A stretch of DNA of 64,000 nt from a virus, in UHGV virus genome UHGV-0312576. One strand, written 5' to 3'. Of the stretch, positions 1 through 9,205 are shown piece after piece. Position numbers and translations under genes: made by a program. Numbering within the stretch: the first letter of the stretch is position 1; each line of letters starts with the position of its first letter. Under the pieces are notes generated by a model, which was not told where the DNA came from, did no database searches, and saw only the letters and a program-made list of their open reading frames with translations.

Positions 1-206
1 TAAATGAATGGAGAAAACATTTACTTGACACTTAGATAATTAATGTTATAATTATCTATAGAGCAAATGGATAAAGTCAATACAGACTCAAAACCTTATC
101 TTAGAGATGCAATCTGACTAATTGCAAATGCCTAAGAACTTACAGTGGAGAGAAGTAGAAGATGGCGGAGAAATAGCATCGTAGCAATACGGTGCTATTT
201 TTCTAC

Positions 207-242
207 ATAAAAAGGATGGAAGAGTAGTTAACTCAACCATCC
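207..242 (-). terminator. Rho-independent terminator candidate downstream of the DUF262 gene
   Basis: Inverted repeat GGATGG..CCATCC around position 214-242, followed on the minus strand by TTTTTAT. Lies just 3' of the gene ending at 251. Confidence 0.4.
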
Positions 243-250
243 ATGATTTA

Positions 251-1372
251 TTAGCAATTCTTAGCCATGTTCTTGAATACTTCCCAACGGGCCTGTACAT
301 TTTCTTTAGCAGCAGATCCGGAACCACAGAGATTCCTGTACTCTTCATTCTGTTCATAGCTATTGAAAAATTCCTTTGAGAGTACCATGTATTTATCTTT
401 TCCACCCTTGTACTTAATCACCTTGCACATACCAGCAACAAACATCGGGATAGAGGTCTTTTTTAGATTTGGAATCTTTTCTGTAATTCTCCTATTAATA
501 GAGTCAGCAGCGTTGATAATTAAGTCAATTACTTCCTGTTTGTTTTCTTGCTCATCAAACCATGTAATGAACGCCTGAATATCCTCATTCCTAAATCCAA
601 ATTCATGCTCTTTACTGTAACCAGATACTAACATCATGATTTCGAGAATGAGATTACGGTCCTCACTGTTCTTAAAAATGCCGGCGCTGAAAATTCTTTC
701 CCATAGATTTGGCATTTTCTTTTCTTTCATGACTGGCTTTCCGTCTTTCATAATGACTTCACCAGCACGATTTTTCTTTTCAACTTCATAAGTATATCCA
801 TCAGCGTTTAATATGCTTAAAATCTGACCATACAATTCATCACTAATATTCACAGAGTTTTTCTGTGCGTTAGTGAGAGGTCTACCAGAATTCTTGCGTC
901 TAAATAGTTCAGTGATTTCTCTATTAGTTGCCTCATGGTAGAAGTCGATGGGCAATTCATAATAACTAAGTTTGCTCTTTATTTCTTCGTCCAGTTCTTC
1001 AAACTTCTTTCCCCATAATGATTCTGATGGATAGAATGTTTTTCCTTCAATAGTAAAGGGGACATCATCTAACCTTTTTGATAAACGATACTCACCATTT
1101 ACAAAATCGGCAAAATTGGTTATACGCTGAACGCCATCAATGACAGCATTATTTAATTTAATAACATCGCCAGTTGTTTCATCAACCATACTAACGACGA
1201 TTGTAACAGGGTCGATTAGGTATTCACGCAACACACTATCAATCAATTCTGTTTTCTGTAGTGCATTCCACTGTCCAGAAGGACGCTGAAGCGGATGCTT
1301 AAAATTATACTTACCGTTCTTAACTTCTTTAGCCAAAGTAGGAAGACCACGACGTTTTGATTCTGACCTCAT
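251..1372 (-). CDS. DUF262 / ParB-like nuclease superfamily protein (GmrSD N-terminal-domain-like), without an HNH/DUF1524 domain
   Basis: 373-aa ORF. N-terminal 'FKHPLQRPSGQW..LIDSVL..IDPVTI..VIDGVQRITNF' matches the DUF262 pattern (IPxFQRxxxW ... DGQQR). No nuclease module at the C-terminus. Confidence 0.6.
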   Translation of the reverse strand: MRSESKRRGLPTLAKEVKNGKYNFKHPLQRPSGQWNALQKTELIDSVLREYLIDPVTIVVSMVDETTGDVIKLNNAVIDGVQRITNFADFVNGEYRLSKRLDDVPFTIEGKTFYPSESLWGKKFEELDEEIKSKLSYYELPIDFYHEATNREITELFRRKNSGRPLTNAQKNSVNISDELYGQILSILNADGYTYEVEKKNRAGEVIMKDGKPVMKEKKMPNLWERIFSAGIFKNSEDRNLILEIMMLVSGYSKEHEFGFRNEDIQAFITWFDEQENKQEVIDLIINAADSINRRITEKIPNLKKTSIPMFVAGMCKVIKYKGGKDKYMVLSKEFFNSYEQNEEYRNLCGSGSAAKENVQARWEVFKNMAKNC

Positions 1373-1457
1373 ATTTATACCTCCATAAAAAATATCGTTA
1401 GTATTTTCTATTTCAGTATAGTCTATATATAAAAATATAGCAAGAAATTCTTGATGT

Positions 1458-1889
1458 TTATTTTATCTTTAGACCGACTTTTCTCAGATTTATTTTTAAC
1501 AACTCAATCAGATTTTCATTACACCATTCAATATATGTAGACCAAAAATCTGGTGTAGATGTTTGATAATAATTAGCTCCATGCTGACTATTTGAGGCCC
1601 AGGTTACAACTTGCATTGCATTAAAATTGTTTTTATAATGCATACCTTCTACATCAATATATATTTCTGCCGAATTATTGGATAACAGTTGACCTGTGGC
1701 TGAATTTAGAAAAGCTTCGGTACGTTCATATACATTTGGATAAAATTCAGGATCTTTGTAATATTGCTCATCAATACATTTGGTAAGTTGCTTTTTTGCT
1801 TCTTCAACAGTGGCTTTTATGGCCTTATCACATAATACCTGCATATAATTCTTTAACTCCACAGGCGTCCTAAATAATTTACTCGCCAT
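1458..1889 (-). CDS. hypothetical protein (143 aa)
   Basis: Track ORF 1458..1913. Trimmed to the MASKLF start, which has an AAGAGG RBS 9 nt upstream. No recognisable motif. Confidence 0.5.
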   Translation of the reverse strand: MASKLFRTPVELKNYMQVLCDKAIKATVEEAKKQLTKCIDEQYYKDPEFYPNVYERTEAFLNSATGQLLSNNSAEIYIDVEGMHYKNNFNAMQVVTWASNSQHGANYYQTSTPDFWSTYIEWCNENLIELLKINLRKVGLKIK

Positions 1890-2358
1890 CACAATACCTC
1901 TTGGGCATAACAAAGTAATGGCCTATAATCCAATAATACGGTCGTGGTTCTTCGTGAAATAGATAATAATTATATGCATCGGCTACGAGTATCCCGAGTA
2001 TCGTAATGATAATCCATACTATTGAAAACGGCAAACATATCACACCGTCATAATTAAATGGCATATTGGAGTAGTCCCACATTAGAGGATGATTTAGAAC
2101 TTTCAGCGCTTCACCGACAAACAGCTCAAAGCTAGTTACAATAGCTGACCCAATAAAACCTTGTAGAATTAAGTCAAGATTCCAAGATATTTTGTTGTTA
2201 ATCTGATCAAAGAGCAAGAGGGAGATACCGCCAACGCAACCCATGAGAGGATAACTTACATTTCTATAAGTCACTTCCAATGCAATATATGTACAATATC
2301 CAACCAAAAAAAGTGTAAGTAATTTAGTCAAGATATGTGTCCATTTTCTTTTGTTCAT
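1879..2358 (-). CDS. multi-pass membrane protein
   Basis: Track ORF 1879..2415. Trimmed to MNKRKW, which has an AAAGGGGA RBS. Several hydrophobic helices (LLTLFLVGYCTYIAL, ISLLLF, WIIITILGILVA). Confidence 0.5.
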   Translation of the reverse strand: MNKRKWTHILTKLLTLFLVGYCTYIALEVTYRNVSYPLMGCVGGISLLLFDQINNKISWNLDLILQGFIGSAIVTSFELFVGEALKVLNHPLMWDYSNMPFNYDGVICLPFSIVWIIITILGILVADAYNYYLFHEEPRPYYWIIGHYFVMPKRYCDGE

Positions 2359-2362
2359 ATAC

Positions 2363-2623
2363 TTAATCCCCTTTGATACTGGTCTCACCATTGCGTTCTG
2401 CTTCAGCCTGGTCATGAATAATCTCCGCTAATTTCCCAATAAATTCGTCTTTCAATTCGTTAAGCGGGACATCCTTCAGGACCGTAAACAGATTTGATAG
2501 GAGAGTGGTGATATCCTTCTGTTCTGTGATGAATCTTTCGATAACAGTGTATAATTTGACTTTTAAAGTGATTTCCTTCTTCTTCATGACAATCCAATTT
2601 CTAATCATATATTTTTCCTCCAA
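2363..2623 (-). CDS. hypothetical protein (86 aa)
   Basis: Compact ORF packed tightly between neighbours in the same operon orientation. Confidence 0.45.
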   Translation of the reverse strand: MEEKYMIRNWIVMKKKEITLKVKLYTVIERFITEQKDITTLLSNLFTVLKDVPLNELKDEFIGKLAEIIHDQAEAERNGETSIKGD

Positions 2624-2625
2624 TA

Positions 2626-2988
2626 TTATTTTTTGCTCTTCTTTTCAAGAGCTTTCATTTTCTTTAATTCATCATATGTTATCCAACCGCCGCGTTTTAG
2701 ATTACGACATATAAACACCAAGTTTATATCAGGATATCGATATCTAAATAATTTCCTTTTAAGTAAACTAACTGAATCTGGTTGCCCCTTGATATCGTAC
2801 ACGATAAAAGTTCCATCAGAGTACCAAACATCGTAATCACTAACATACTTTATAGGTAATATCTTTTCTCCACTTTTCATGGTGAATCCATCTTGAAGTA
2901 CATATGTGACCTGGCGCTCAAATTTAGTAATTTCGCCACTTGCAAGCTTAGGCTCGATAACCTCTTTCATAAATTGCATTTCTGTCAA
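2626..2988 (-). CDS. putative PD-(D/E)xK nuclease, Hjc-like Holliday-junction resolvase family
   Basis: 120 aa. Motifs 'KFERQV', 'SDYDVWY' and 'IVYDIKG' fit the E..D..E-x-K arrangement of archaeal-type Hjc resolvases. Motif-level inference only. Confidence 0.4.
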   Translation of the reverse strand: MTEMQFMKEVIEPKLASGEITKFERQVTYVLQDGFTMKSGEKILPIKYVSDYDVWYSDGTFIVYDIKGQPDSVSLLKRKLFRYRYPDINLVFICRNLKRGGWITYDELKKMKALEKKSKK

Positions 2989-3097
2989 TGAATCATATTT
3001 AATTCCTTTGTAAGTTCTTTTTTGCTGTCCCGCTTTACTTATATCTACGTTGTAAAGAGAGCGTTTTCTTGCTGCTATTGTCTATTCACCCCTTTAA

Positions 3098-3136
3098 CAT
3101 AAAAGGAACTCCACCAGATTACCTGACGGAGTTCTT
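3098..3136 (-). terminator. Rho-independent terminator candidate after the antirepressor gene
   Basis: AGGAACTCC..15-nt loop..GGAGTTCTT inverted repeat, with a TTTTA run on the minus strand immediately 3'. Confidence 0.45.
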
Positions 3137-3145
3137 AATTAATGA

Positions 3146-3991
3146 TTATGCTGCAATTCCAAATTCTTTTTTTAGTTTTTCTACTAGATATACTTGACCC
3201 TTGCCAGTAATAAGAGTCTTTGTATAAATACTTGTGCCATATGCAGTATTTTTGGTTACTTCAACAACTTTGAAATAGCCTGACTCTATGTACTTCTGAT
3301 ATGGGTTATTATTCTGCATTAAATATCCATTAAACCTTAACCACTCAAATAACCTGTTTCGACCAATTTTTATATTTTCCTTTTTTACAAGTTTTGCAAA
3401 TTCTCCAACGTCTACAGTATCACTTGACTCTGTTACATGCTTTGCAAATTCGGTATATGGTTTGTCCTCTTCAATTTTTTCAAGTAAGGGAGTGGTAGCG
3501 GATTCAACTTCCAATTGTACCAGTTCTTTGGAAGCAAGAACACCATCTTGACCACCATTATAAATCATTAATAATAGATGTGCTTTTTTATCAGAGTTTA
3601 TTGCTTTACGCATTGCAAAATATTCTCTCCGTAGTTTCTTGCGGATTTTTTTCGACTGTTCTGTTTTCATGAAACCAACAAGCAACATGTAGCCTTGCTC
3701 AGACAGTAAATATATATTAGTTGAATTAGAAATAGACTGTCTGTTCATGAAATTCAATAAAAACTCGGTACTTTGTAAGTACCCACTTTTTAAATCTAAA
3801 ATATCAACCCCAACTTCAAATTCATCTATATTTTCATTTATTAGCTGATTGATTTTCTTTAGTGGTTGCCCATGAATTTCGGAAATGGTTTTTGCTAATA
3901 TCACTTTTTGATTTTCACCAAAACCGCCTTCGATAATAGGTATCTCAATCCCCATAAATATTTGTGTTCCATTATTTTTTAATTCATTCAT
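3146..3991 (-). CDS. phage antirepressor, KilAC (ANT) C-terminal domain with ORF6N-like N-terminal domain
   Basis: C-terminal 'FAKLVKKENIKIGRNRLFEWLRFNGYLMQNNNPYQKYIESGYFKVVE' is the hallmark KilAC motif (...LFxWLRxxGYL...PYQKYIDxGYFKV). Sits downstream of the lysis cassette. Confidence 0.7.
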   Translation of the reverse strand: MNELKNNGTQIFMGIEIPIIEGGFGENQKVILAKTISEIHGQPLKKINQLINENIDEFEVGVDILDLKSGYLQSTEFLLNFMNRQSISNSTNIYLLSEQGYMLLVGFMKTEQSKKIRKKLRREYFAMRKAINSDKKAHLLLMIYNGGQDGVLASKELVQLEVESATTPLLEKIEEDKPYTEFAKHVTESSDTVDVGEFAKLVKKENIKIGRNRLFEWLRFNGYLMQNNNPYQKYIESGYFKVVEVTKNTAYGTSIYTKTLITGKGQVYLVEKLKKEFGIAA

Positions 3992-4651
3992 ACTTTGTAC
4001 CTCAACTTTCTATAATCCCTCTGAATTAGTTAATAGAAGAGTAGTGAGCGCCGTCAGAGGTATTCGGCTTCGACGGGTAATTACTCCGTCTATTCACTAC
4101 TCAAGAAACAGGCTCAATGACTTCCTGCTTTACAGATATAAAAAATACCTGTATCAAACCATTGTCTCTCATACAGATATTCTCTTTTTAAGTTCTGAAA
4201 TATAAAAAGAACCTCAACTGTAGTCAAGGTTCCTTAGAAAATGTGCTTCTAAAGAAGCTTTTAAACAAATGTTCTGAATTGTATAATCTCCCAAGTATAT
4301 TATAATAATCCTGTGGTGGAATGACTATCCAAAAGATAGTTGTAGGAGGGCCAACGAGTAGTCAGTACGGTCGCCAGAAATGGCAGGCGTTAGCCTATAG
4401 ATCTCACTTAAGTACGGTTTTGATAGACTTTTCACATAGATATCAAATAAGTATTGAGGTGAGGTTTTATGGAATTCAGAATAAATTCTGCATTTATGGT
4501 TCTACTAATCGTTTTAGTAGCAATCATCAAGTACGCCTAATATCTGATGAAAGTTGGTGGGATTATTATCATCTTGGTAGTAATGATCATACTATCAGAA
4601 CATGTTCATATATTGTAAAGAGCGGCTTCATAAGAAAACGCTCTTTCATAA

Positions 4652-5161
4652 TTAAAAACCGTTTTTAAGTTTTTCTTTGTACACCTCATTGATTACTTCC
4701 ATTGAGGTTGTAACTTGACCATTGCTTAGATTATGAGCTTCTAATATATTCTCGTATTTCTCATAAATAGATAACACATGGTCAAATTGCTCTTTACTAT
4801 ACTTCCTGCCAGCTGAGATAGCTGAAGCAAAATCAAGGATTTCCCAACGTTGGTCATCTATTTCTTTATCAATAAACATTTTCTTTAAGATTTCCAAATC
4901 TTCTTTAATCGCTTTATCATGACTAATAGATTGTCGTACATCCTCTTCATGCTTGTCCTGTAAGGCATTTAACTTCGTTGAAGTCGCAATCAGTAATTCA
5001 TGGTCTTGATTTTTACGTTGTACCCACTTTAGGGGTCTACCAATAATCTCAGAAAATTTTCCAATGATATTGAACATTGCGATAATACCAGACATTACAA
5101 TAAAAATGCCTATTACTAAAGCTGTTATATCTTGATTAAATAAAGTTTGTATTGCTTCCAT
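4652..5161 (-). CDS. membrane-anchored coiled-coil protein, possibly a lysis accessory or holin-like protein
   Basis: 169 aa. N-terminal TM helix (ITALVIGIFIVMSGIIAMFNIIG) followed by a charged coiled-coil region. Immediately downstream of the endolysin. Confidence 0.5.
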   Translation of the reverse strand: MEAIQTLFNQDITALVIGIFIVMSGIIAMFNIIGKFSEIIGRPLKWVQRKNQDHELLIATSTKLNALQDKHEEDVRQSISHDKAIKEDLEILKKMFIDKEIDDQRWEILDFASAISAGRKYSKEQFDHVLSIYEKYENILEAHNLSNGQVTTSMEVINEVYKEKLKNGF

Positions 5162-5176
5162 TCATAAAAATCCTCC

Positions 5177-6088
5177 TTACTCAACTAAATTATATTTCAT
5201 TAAATCTGGAGAAGGAGTATTCCACTGCGGTTCATAAACGCCACCTTCATTTACCCAATAGTAAATATTCAGATTTGGATCTTTGGATTTTATGTAAGCA
5301 GATTTAGCCATTGAACCATCAGAAGTGAGATAGTATTGATTGCCTTTATACTCAATCCATTGACTGGAATACATATAACAATCTGGTCCGAACCAAAACC
5401 AATTTCCTTCGTATTCATACCAGGCATTTGAGATTGCATGACCAGCCGCATCAAACCAGCTCCAGCGGCCATTAGAGTCCTTATACCAGTCATTCTTTAC
5501 ATAGTCCCCAGTATCTCCAAGATAGAATTTCCATCCTCCATCTTCCTGATACCATCCAGTTTTGTTCTCGCTGCCGTCATCCTGGATGAATCGCTTGACA
5601 CAAACAAGCCCTTTCCTCCAACCACCAGAAGCCCAGGAACTATATCTGCTTTTACAATAAGCATCCATATTCTTATAGGATGGTACGCCGCTGCCATGAC
5701 CACTAATAATCCAGTTTCCGTTAGAATCTTTGTGATGAACCATCTCAACATGACCGATCCGCTTTGGCCTGGATGAGTCAGAACCTGCAAATAGTAACAT
5801 ATCACCAGGTCGCAGAATTTCCGGATTCTGTATAATACCATTCTTTATAATTACTTCTACAAACGTAAACTTGTTAGAATTATACATGCCGGCAGTATTT
5901 AGTACTCCAAAACTGTCACCAGCTTCTTTATAGGAATATGAGATGGAGGAACTACAATCAGAGTAGTAATTTCCATCTTTATATTTTCTGAAGCAGTAAT
6001 CACGTAAATTTTGGTTGTAGAAATTACGACCGATGATAGTAGCATACTTGTCAACTACGTTTTGCCTTCTATGTTTTGATGTTGCCAT
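5177..6088 (-). CDS. endolysin: NlpC/P60-type cysteine peptidase domain plus C-terminal choline-binding/glucan-binding-like repeats
   Basis: Cys in 'SDCSSSISYSY' and His in 'GHVEMVHH' fit an NlpC/P60 or CHAP catalytic dyad. C-terminal region carries repeated GW..DG.W.Y / NxWYY units typical of Gram-positive cell-wall-binding repeats. Confidence 0.75.
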   Translation of the reverse strand: MATSKHRRQNVVDKYATIIGRNFYNQNLRDYCFRKYKDGNYYSDCSSSISYSYKEAGDSFGVLNTAGMYNSNKFTFVEVIIKNGIIQNPEILRPGDMLLFAGSDSSRPKRIGHVEMVHHKDSNGNWIISGHGSGVPSYKNMDAYCKSRYSSWASGGWRKGLVCVKRFIQDDGSENKTGWYQEDGGWKFYLGDTGDYVKNDWYKDSNGRWSWFDAAGHAISNAWYEYEGNWFWFGPDCYMYSSQWIEYKGNQYYLTSDGSMAKSAYIKSKDPNLNIYYWVNEGGVYEPQWNTPSPDLMKYNLVE

Positions 6089-6091
6089 AAA

Positions 6092-6406
6092 TTACTCCTT
6101 CTTATGTTCTGTATCTACGCCAAGAATTTTACCTAATGAGATGACTGATTTACTTACGTAAATTACAATTGCTGAGTTCATGATAAACTGTGGCGTCACT
6201 CCGATAGAAGATAAGTCAGTTGAGTCGAAGCAATATGCAGTCCCAACAAACATACCACATATGATTAGCGCCTTAATAACACCATTTACCAGTTTCTTCA
6301 TATCAAATGATAAGTCTTTTGTTCCGATATTGTAATATAAGCCTGCGCCTATATTCATAAGGATTGCGACTGCCAATATAGGTAGTGTTCTTATGATTTC
6401 ATCCAT
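6092..6406 (-). CDS. holin (LLH/phi-LC3-like small membrane protein)
   Basis: 104 aa with 2-3 hydrophobic helices and a charged C-terminus (EHKKE). Directly upstream of the endolysin. Confidence 0.55.
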   Translation of the reverse strand: MDEIIRTLPILAVAILMNIGAGLYYNIGTKDLSFDMKKLVNGVIKALIICGMFVGTAYCFDSTDLSSIGVTPQFIMNSAIVIYVSKSVISLGKILGVDTEHKKE

Positions 6407-6792
6407 ATATTATCCTTTCTTTGATCCTGGAGAGTAGGAGACTTGACTGGCTATTGCACATACGCTGAGTGTCATGTACTCACAGTTACGTTATCTACTT
6501 TTACGCTCATTATCTTGAACAACCATAAAAAATCTTATTGATTCTTATAAAAATTTTTCAAAGCATCAAACAGTCTGTAATTTTTGTGATACTTCCAAGT
6601 TGTGATTCCATTTTCAGTCTTTATAAAAGTATAAGGAATCCCACATTCCTTCAAATAAAGATACTCTAGCGACCATTGGGTCGAATACTCTTTGTCAAAT
6701 TTTATCTTATTATTGATACCTACACCTCTATTCTATATGGTAAAAAAATAGGGACATAACGTACTTGTGATGGATTACAAGTGGTTATATCC

Positions 6793-7107
6793 CTATTCCT
6801 CATTATCCATCACTAAATTTTCATTATTCTTCTTTTGTATTCGATTTTTAATAGATTCCTTGGCTTTCTCTTTGTCATATTCTTCTTTAGAAACGACGGT
6901 ATAGTTTCCTTTATTAAATTGAATATATGCAAAATGTTTAATTGATTTATTAGTTGGAATCTGAATTTTTTTGTCATCAAATAATACTACAGAAACTTTA
7001 TCGTTTCGAGTAATTACGTTACATTCTTTTATCATATAGACCTCGCAAGAAGAGGGCATGTTACAGCCCTCTTGTATGAATTTATTCGGTTTCGTCTGTA
7101 AGCTCAA
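6793..7107 (-). CDS. hypothetical late protein (104 aa)
   Basis: ORF in the late operon, function unknown. A 385-nt non-coding gap separates it from the holin. Confidence 0.45.
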   Translation of the reverse strand: MSLQTKPNKFIQEGCNMPSSCEVYMIKECNVITRNDKVSVVLFDDKKIQIPTNKSIKHFAYIQFNKGNYTVVSKEEYDKEKAKESIKNRIQKKNNENLVMDNEE

Positions 7108-7849
7108 TCATGTCAAGAACATCACCGTTCTCATCTACCAATGCGTCACAAGTTATTGTGATTTCGGCTGGATCACCGTCAGACGAGAAAGAAAGCTCCA
7201 GATTTCTCTGAGGACTTGCTTTGTAAGCAGTGATTCTCATTGGAACCAATTCGCCGTTTTCGTTCTTATCTAAGGTGGACATCTGAATAAAGAAGTCCTT
7301 TGGAATCTTCTTATTGTTAAAGGATACCTTCTGAACACCAGAAGTCTTTTCCTCTAAATATCCAACAATGTATGAAGTGCCTACAGCAATCTCAGAATCA
7401 GTTGTAGCAGTAAATACTTTATCAGCTAATGTACCTTCAATAGATTTGCCACCAAAATCACCTTCGGCGTAAACGAATACAGTGCCGACAATCGGAGCAT
7501 TGGGAAGTGTTATCTTTCCTGCCTCAGTAGCTGCAATTACTTCCTTTCTTGTCAGAATTGCTTTGGTTTCGATTTCACCATCACTTAACATTGCATACAT
7601 TCTAAATGGATGTACTTGGAATGTCATAGAGATAGTTCCTTCAAGTGGGTTGTCAAATTTAATACATTTTCCACCCTTTTTATTTGCGTATACGGCATCA
7701 CTTGAAAATCCCATAGTAGTAGTGTTACAAAAGTCAGCATACATCCAAGGCTGTTTTGTCTTATAATCTCTAATATCAAGATCACAGCATTGTCTATTCG
7801 CCATATTAATATCTGCCATTAAAATTCCTCCATAAAATAAAAAATCCAC
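7082..7849 (-). CDS. putative major tail/structural protein
   Basis: 255 aa with beta-rich composition and an Ig-like C-terminus. Called from position in the late operon. No tape-measure gene follows. Confidence 0.4.
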   Translation of the reverse strand: MDFLFYGGILMADINMANRQCCDLDIRDYKTKQPWMYADFCNTTTMGFSSDAVYANKKGGKCIKFDNPLEGTISMTFQVHPFRMYAMLSDGEIETKAILTRKEVIAATEAGKITLPNAPIVGTVFVYAEGDFGGKSIEGTLADKVFTATTDSEIAVGTSYIVGYLEEKTSGVQKVSFNNKKIPKDFFIQMSTLDKNENGELVPMRITAYKASPQRNLELSFSSDGDPAEITITCDALVDENGDVLDMIELTDETE

Positions 7850-7874
7850 TGTTTGTACAGTGGTTGGTTTATAG

Positions 7875-8678
7875 TTACATATTGAGTTTTTTAATAAACC
7901 CCATAGGGTTATAATCTGAATACTTTTTGTACGAAAAGGTATTAGCAGCCATCATATCATTAAAATCGTGTTGACGTCCGTTTAAATATTCATTAAACAT
8001 GGATATAAACTGGTAGTATGTCATATCCCAAACATTGAGAATATTGATTCCGACTTTATTATGAGTACAGTATTTACGTATCATATTATCAAGAGTATAA
8101 TTCCCATCCATACTCTTTTTCTTTTTACTTTTTAAAGCATTTTCTCGAAAACGATTAAACATTGTTTGCGCAAGCTTTTCTGTCCCTTTTGCGAATTTGG
8201 GTTTTTCTTCCTCAAAGGAATTCATACTCAATAGACATCTCAATTCGCTACGAAAAGTATCGAAATTATCCTCCCCAATATGTCCAATAATTCGCTTTTG
8301 ATTAGACACGCTAGATTCATTTTTTACTTGATAATAATTAAAGACATCTATGCGATTCATGTCTTGATTGAATTCGATTTCATCCAGTATAAAAAAATTT
8401 ATCATTGAAAAGAGGATACTAGGGTTGTCATAAAGAAGTATTCTGAATAAAGAAATGTCCTCTCTTAGTTTGTCATTTGACCCATCAAAAGTGGTTTTAA
8501 AGGATTTTAAATATGATTCGAGTGTCATATCTAAGATATTTTGAAATAAGGCAAATACTTTAAATGTGATGGTGCGGATGTCTCTTAAGGTAGGACACTT
8601 AACAGTACCTATTCCATCAATGTAAAAAGGCTCATTACACAGATAATCAAAATTTGTATATAAACTTATTACTATCAC
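7875..8678 (-). CDS. hypothetical structural protein (267 aa)
   Basis: ORF in the late operon. Confidence 0.45.
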   Translation of the reverse strand: MIVISLYTNFDYLCNEPFYIDGIGTVKCPTLRDIRTITFKVFALFQNILDMTLESYLKSFKTTFDGSNDKLREDISLFRILLYDNPSILFSMINFFILDEIEFNQDMNRIDVFNYYQVKNESSVSNQKRIIGHIGEDNFDTFRSELRCLLSMNSFEEEKPKFAKGTEKLAQTMFNRFRENALKSKKKKSMDGNYTLDNMIRKYCTHNKVGINILNVWDMTYYQFISMFNEYLNGRQHDFNDMMAANTFSYKKYSDYNPMGFIKKLNM

Positions 8679-9205
8679 CTCTTTGATTTGAAATCTGGAA
8701 TGGTAAAAATCATTTGCCTACCATAGAACTGCTTATTTGATGAACTTATATATGTAGCAGAATCCAAATGAAGTTTTCCTATTCCAAATTTTTGTGAATC
8801 AGACAGTGCTCTTTCAACCGCATCAGCCAAAATATCGGCTTTAGTGCCGAGATAACCTTTCTTAGAATATCTCATACTGCTTTTATTACAATAAGCCCAT
8901 ACAATTATCTTCATGTCCTTTATTGTTCCTGTTGGTATTCTGGGTACATCTACCTCGAAACACAAATATGAGAGCACCTCTGTTTGAGTCTCATCTATAT
9001 AAAGAGTAGGGAAGACTTGCTTATAAACTATCCCATAATCATCGTCATCCTCATCGTTTCCCCAGACTTGTTCTTCTGTATATCCTTTACCAAGTAAAAT
9101 CTCCATAATATCATCTGAATTTAATAAAAGGGGTAAAATGCGATTTTTTACAAGTCCAATATCTTTTAATACTGTTTCTGGCATTAGTACCTCCTTATAA
9201 TCCAT
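8675..9205 (-). CDS. hypothetical structural protein (176 aa)
   Basis: 4-nt overlap with the neighbouring gene suggests translational coupling. Late operon. Confidence 0.45.
   Translation of the reverse strand: MDYKEVLMPETVLKDIGLVKNRILPLLLNSDDIMEILLGKGYTEEQVWGNDEDDDDYGIVYKQVFPTLYIDETQTEVLSYLCFEVDVPRIPTGTIKDMKIIVWAYCNKSSMRYSKKGYLGTKADILADAVERALSDSQKFGIGKLHLDSATYISSSNKQFYGRQMIFTIPDFKSKR

Noticed and set aside
118-578. ORFs 118..405 (-) and 363..578 (+) at the 3' end of the DUF262 gene
   Set aside because: They overlap the better-supported DUF262 frame. The region 207-242 is more plausibly that gene's terminator.
5290-5841. ORFs 5290..5493, 5438..5776 and 5497..5841 overlapping the endolysin gene
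   Set aside because: They are nested in or antisense to a well-supported NlpC/P60 endolysin ORF. They have no RBS and their composition is not protein-like.
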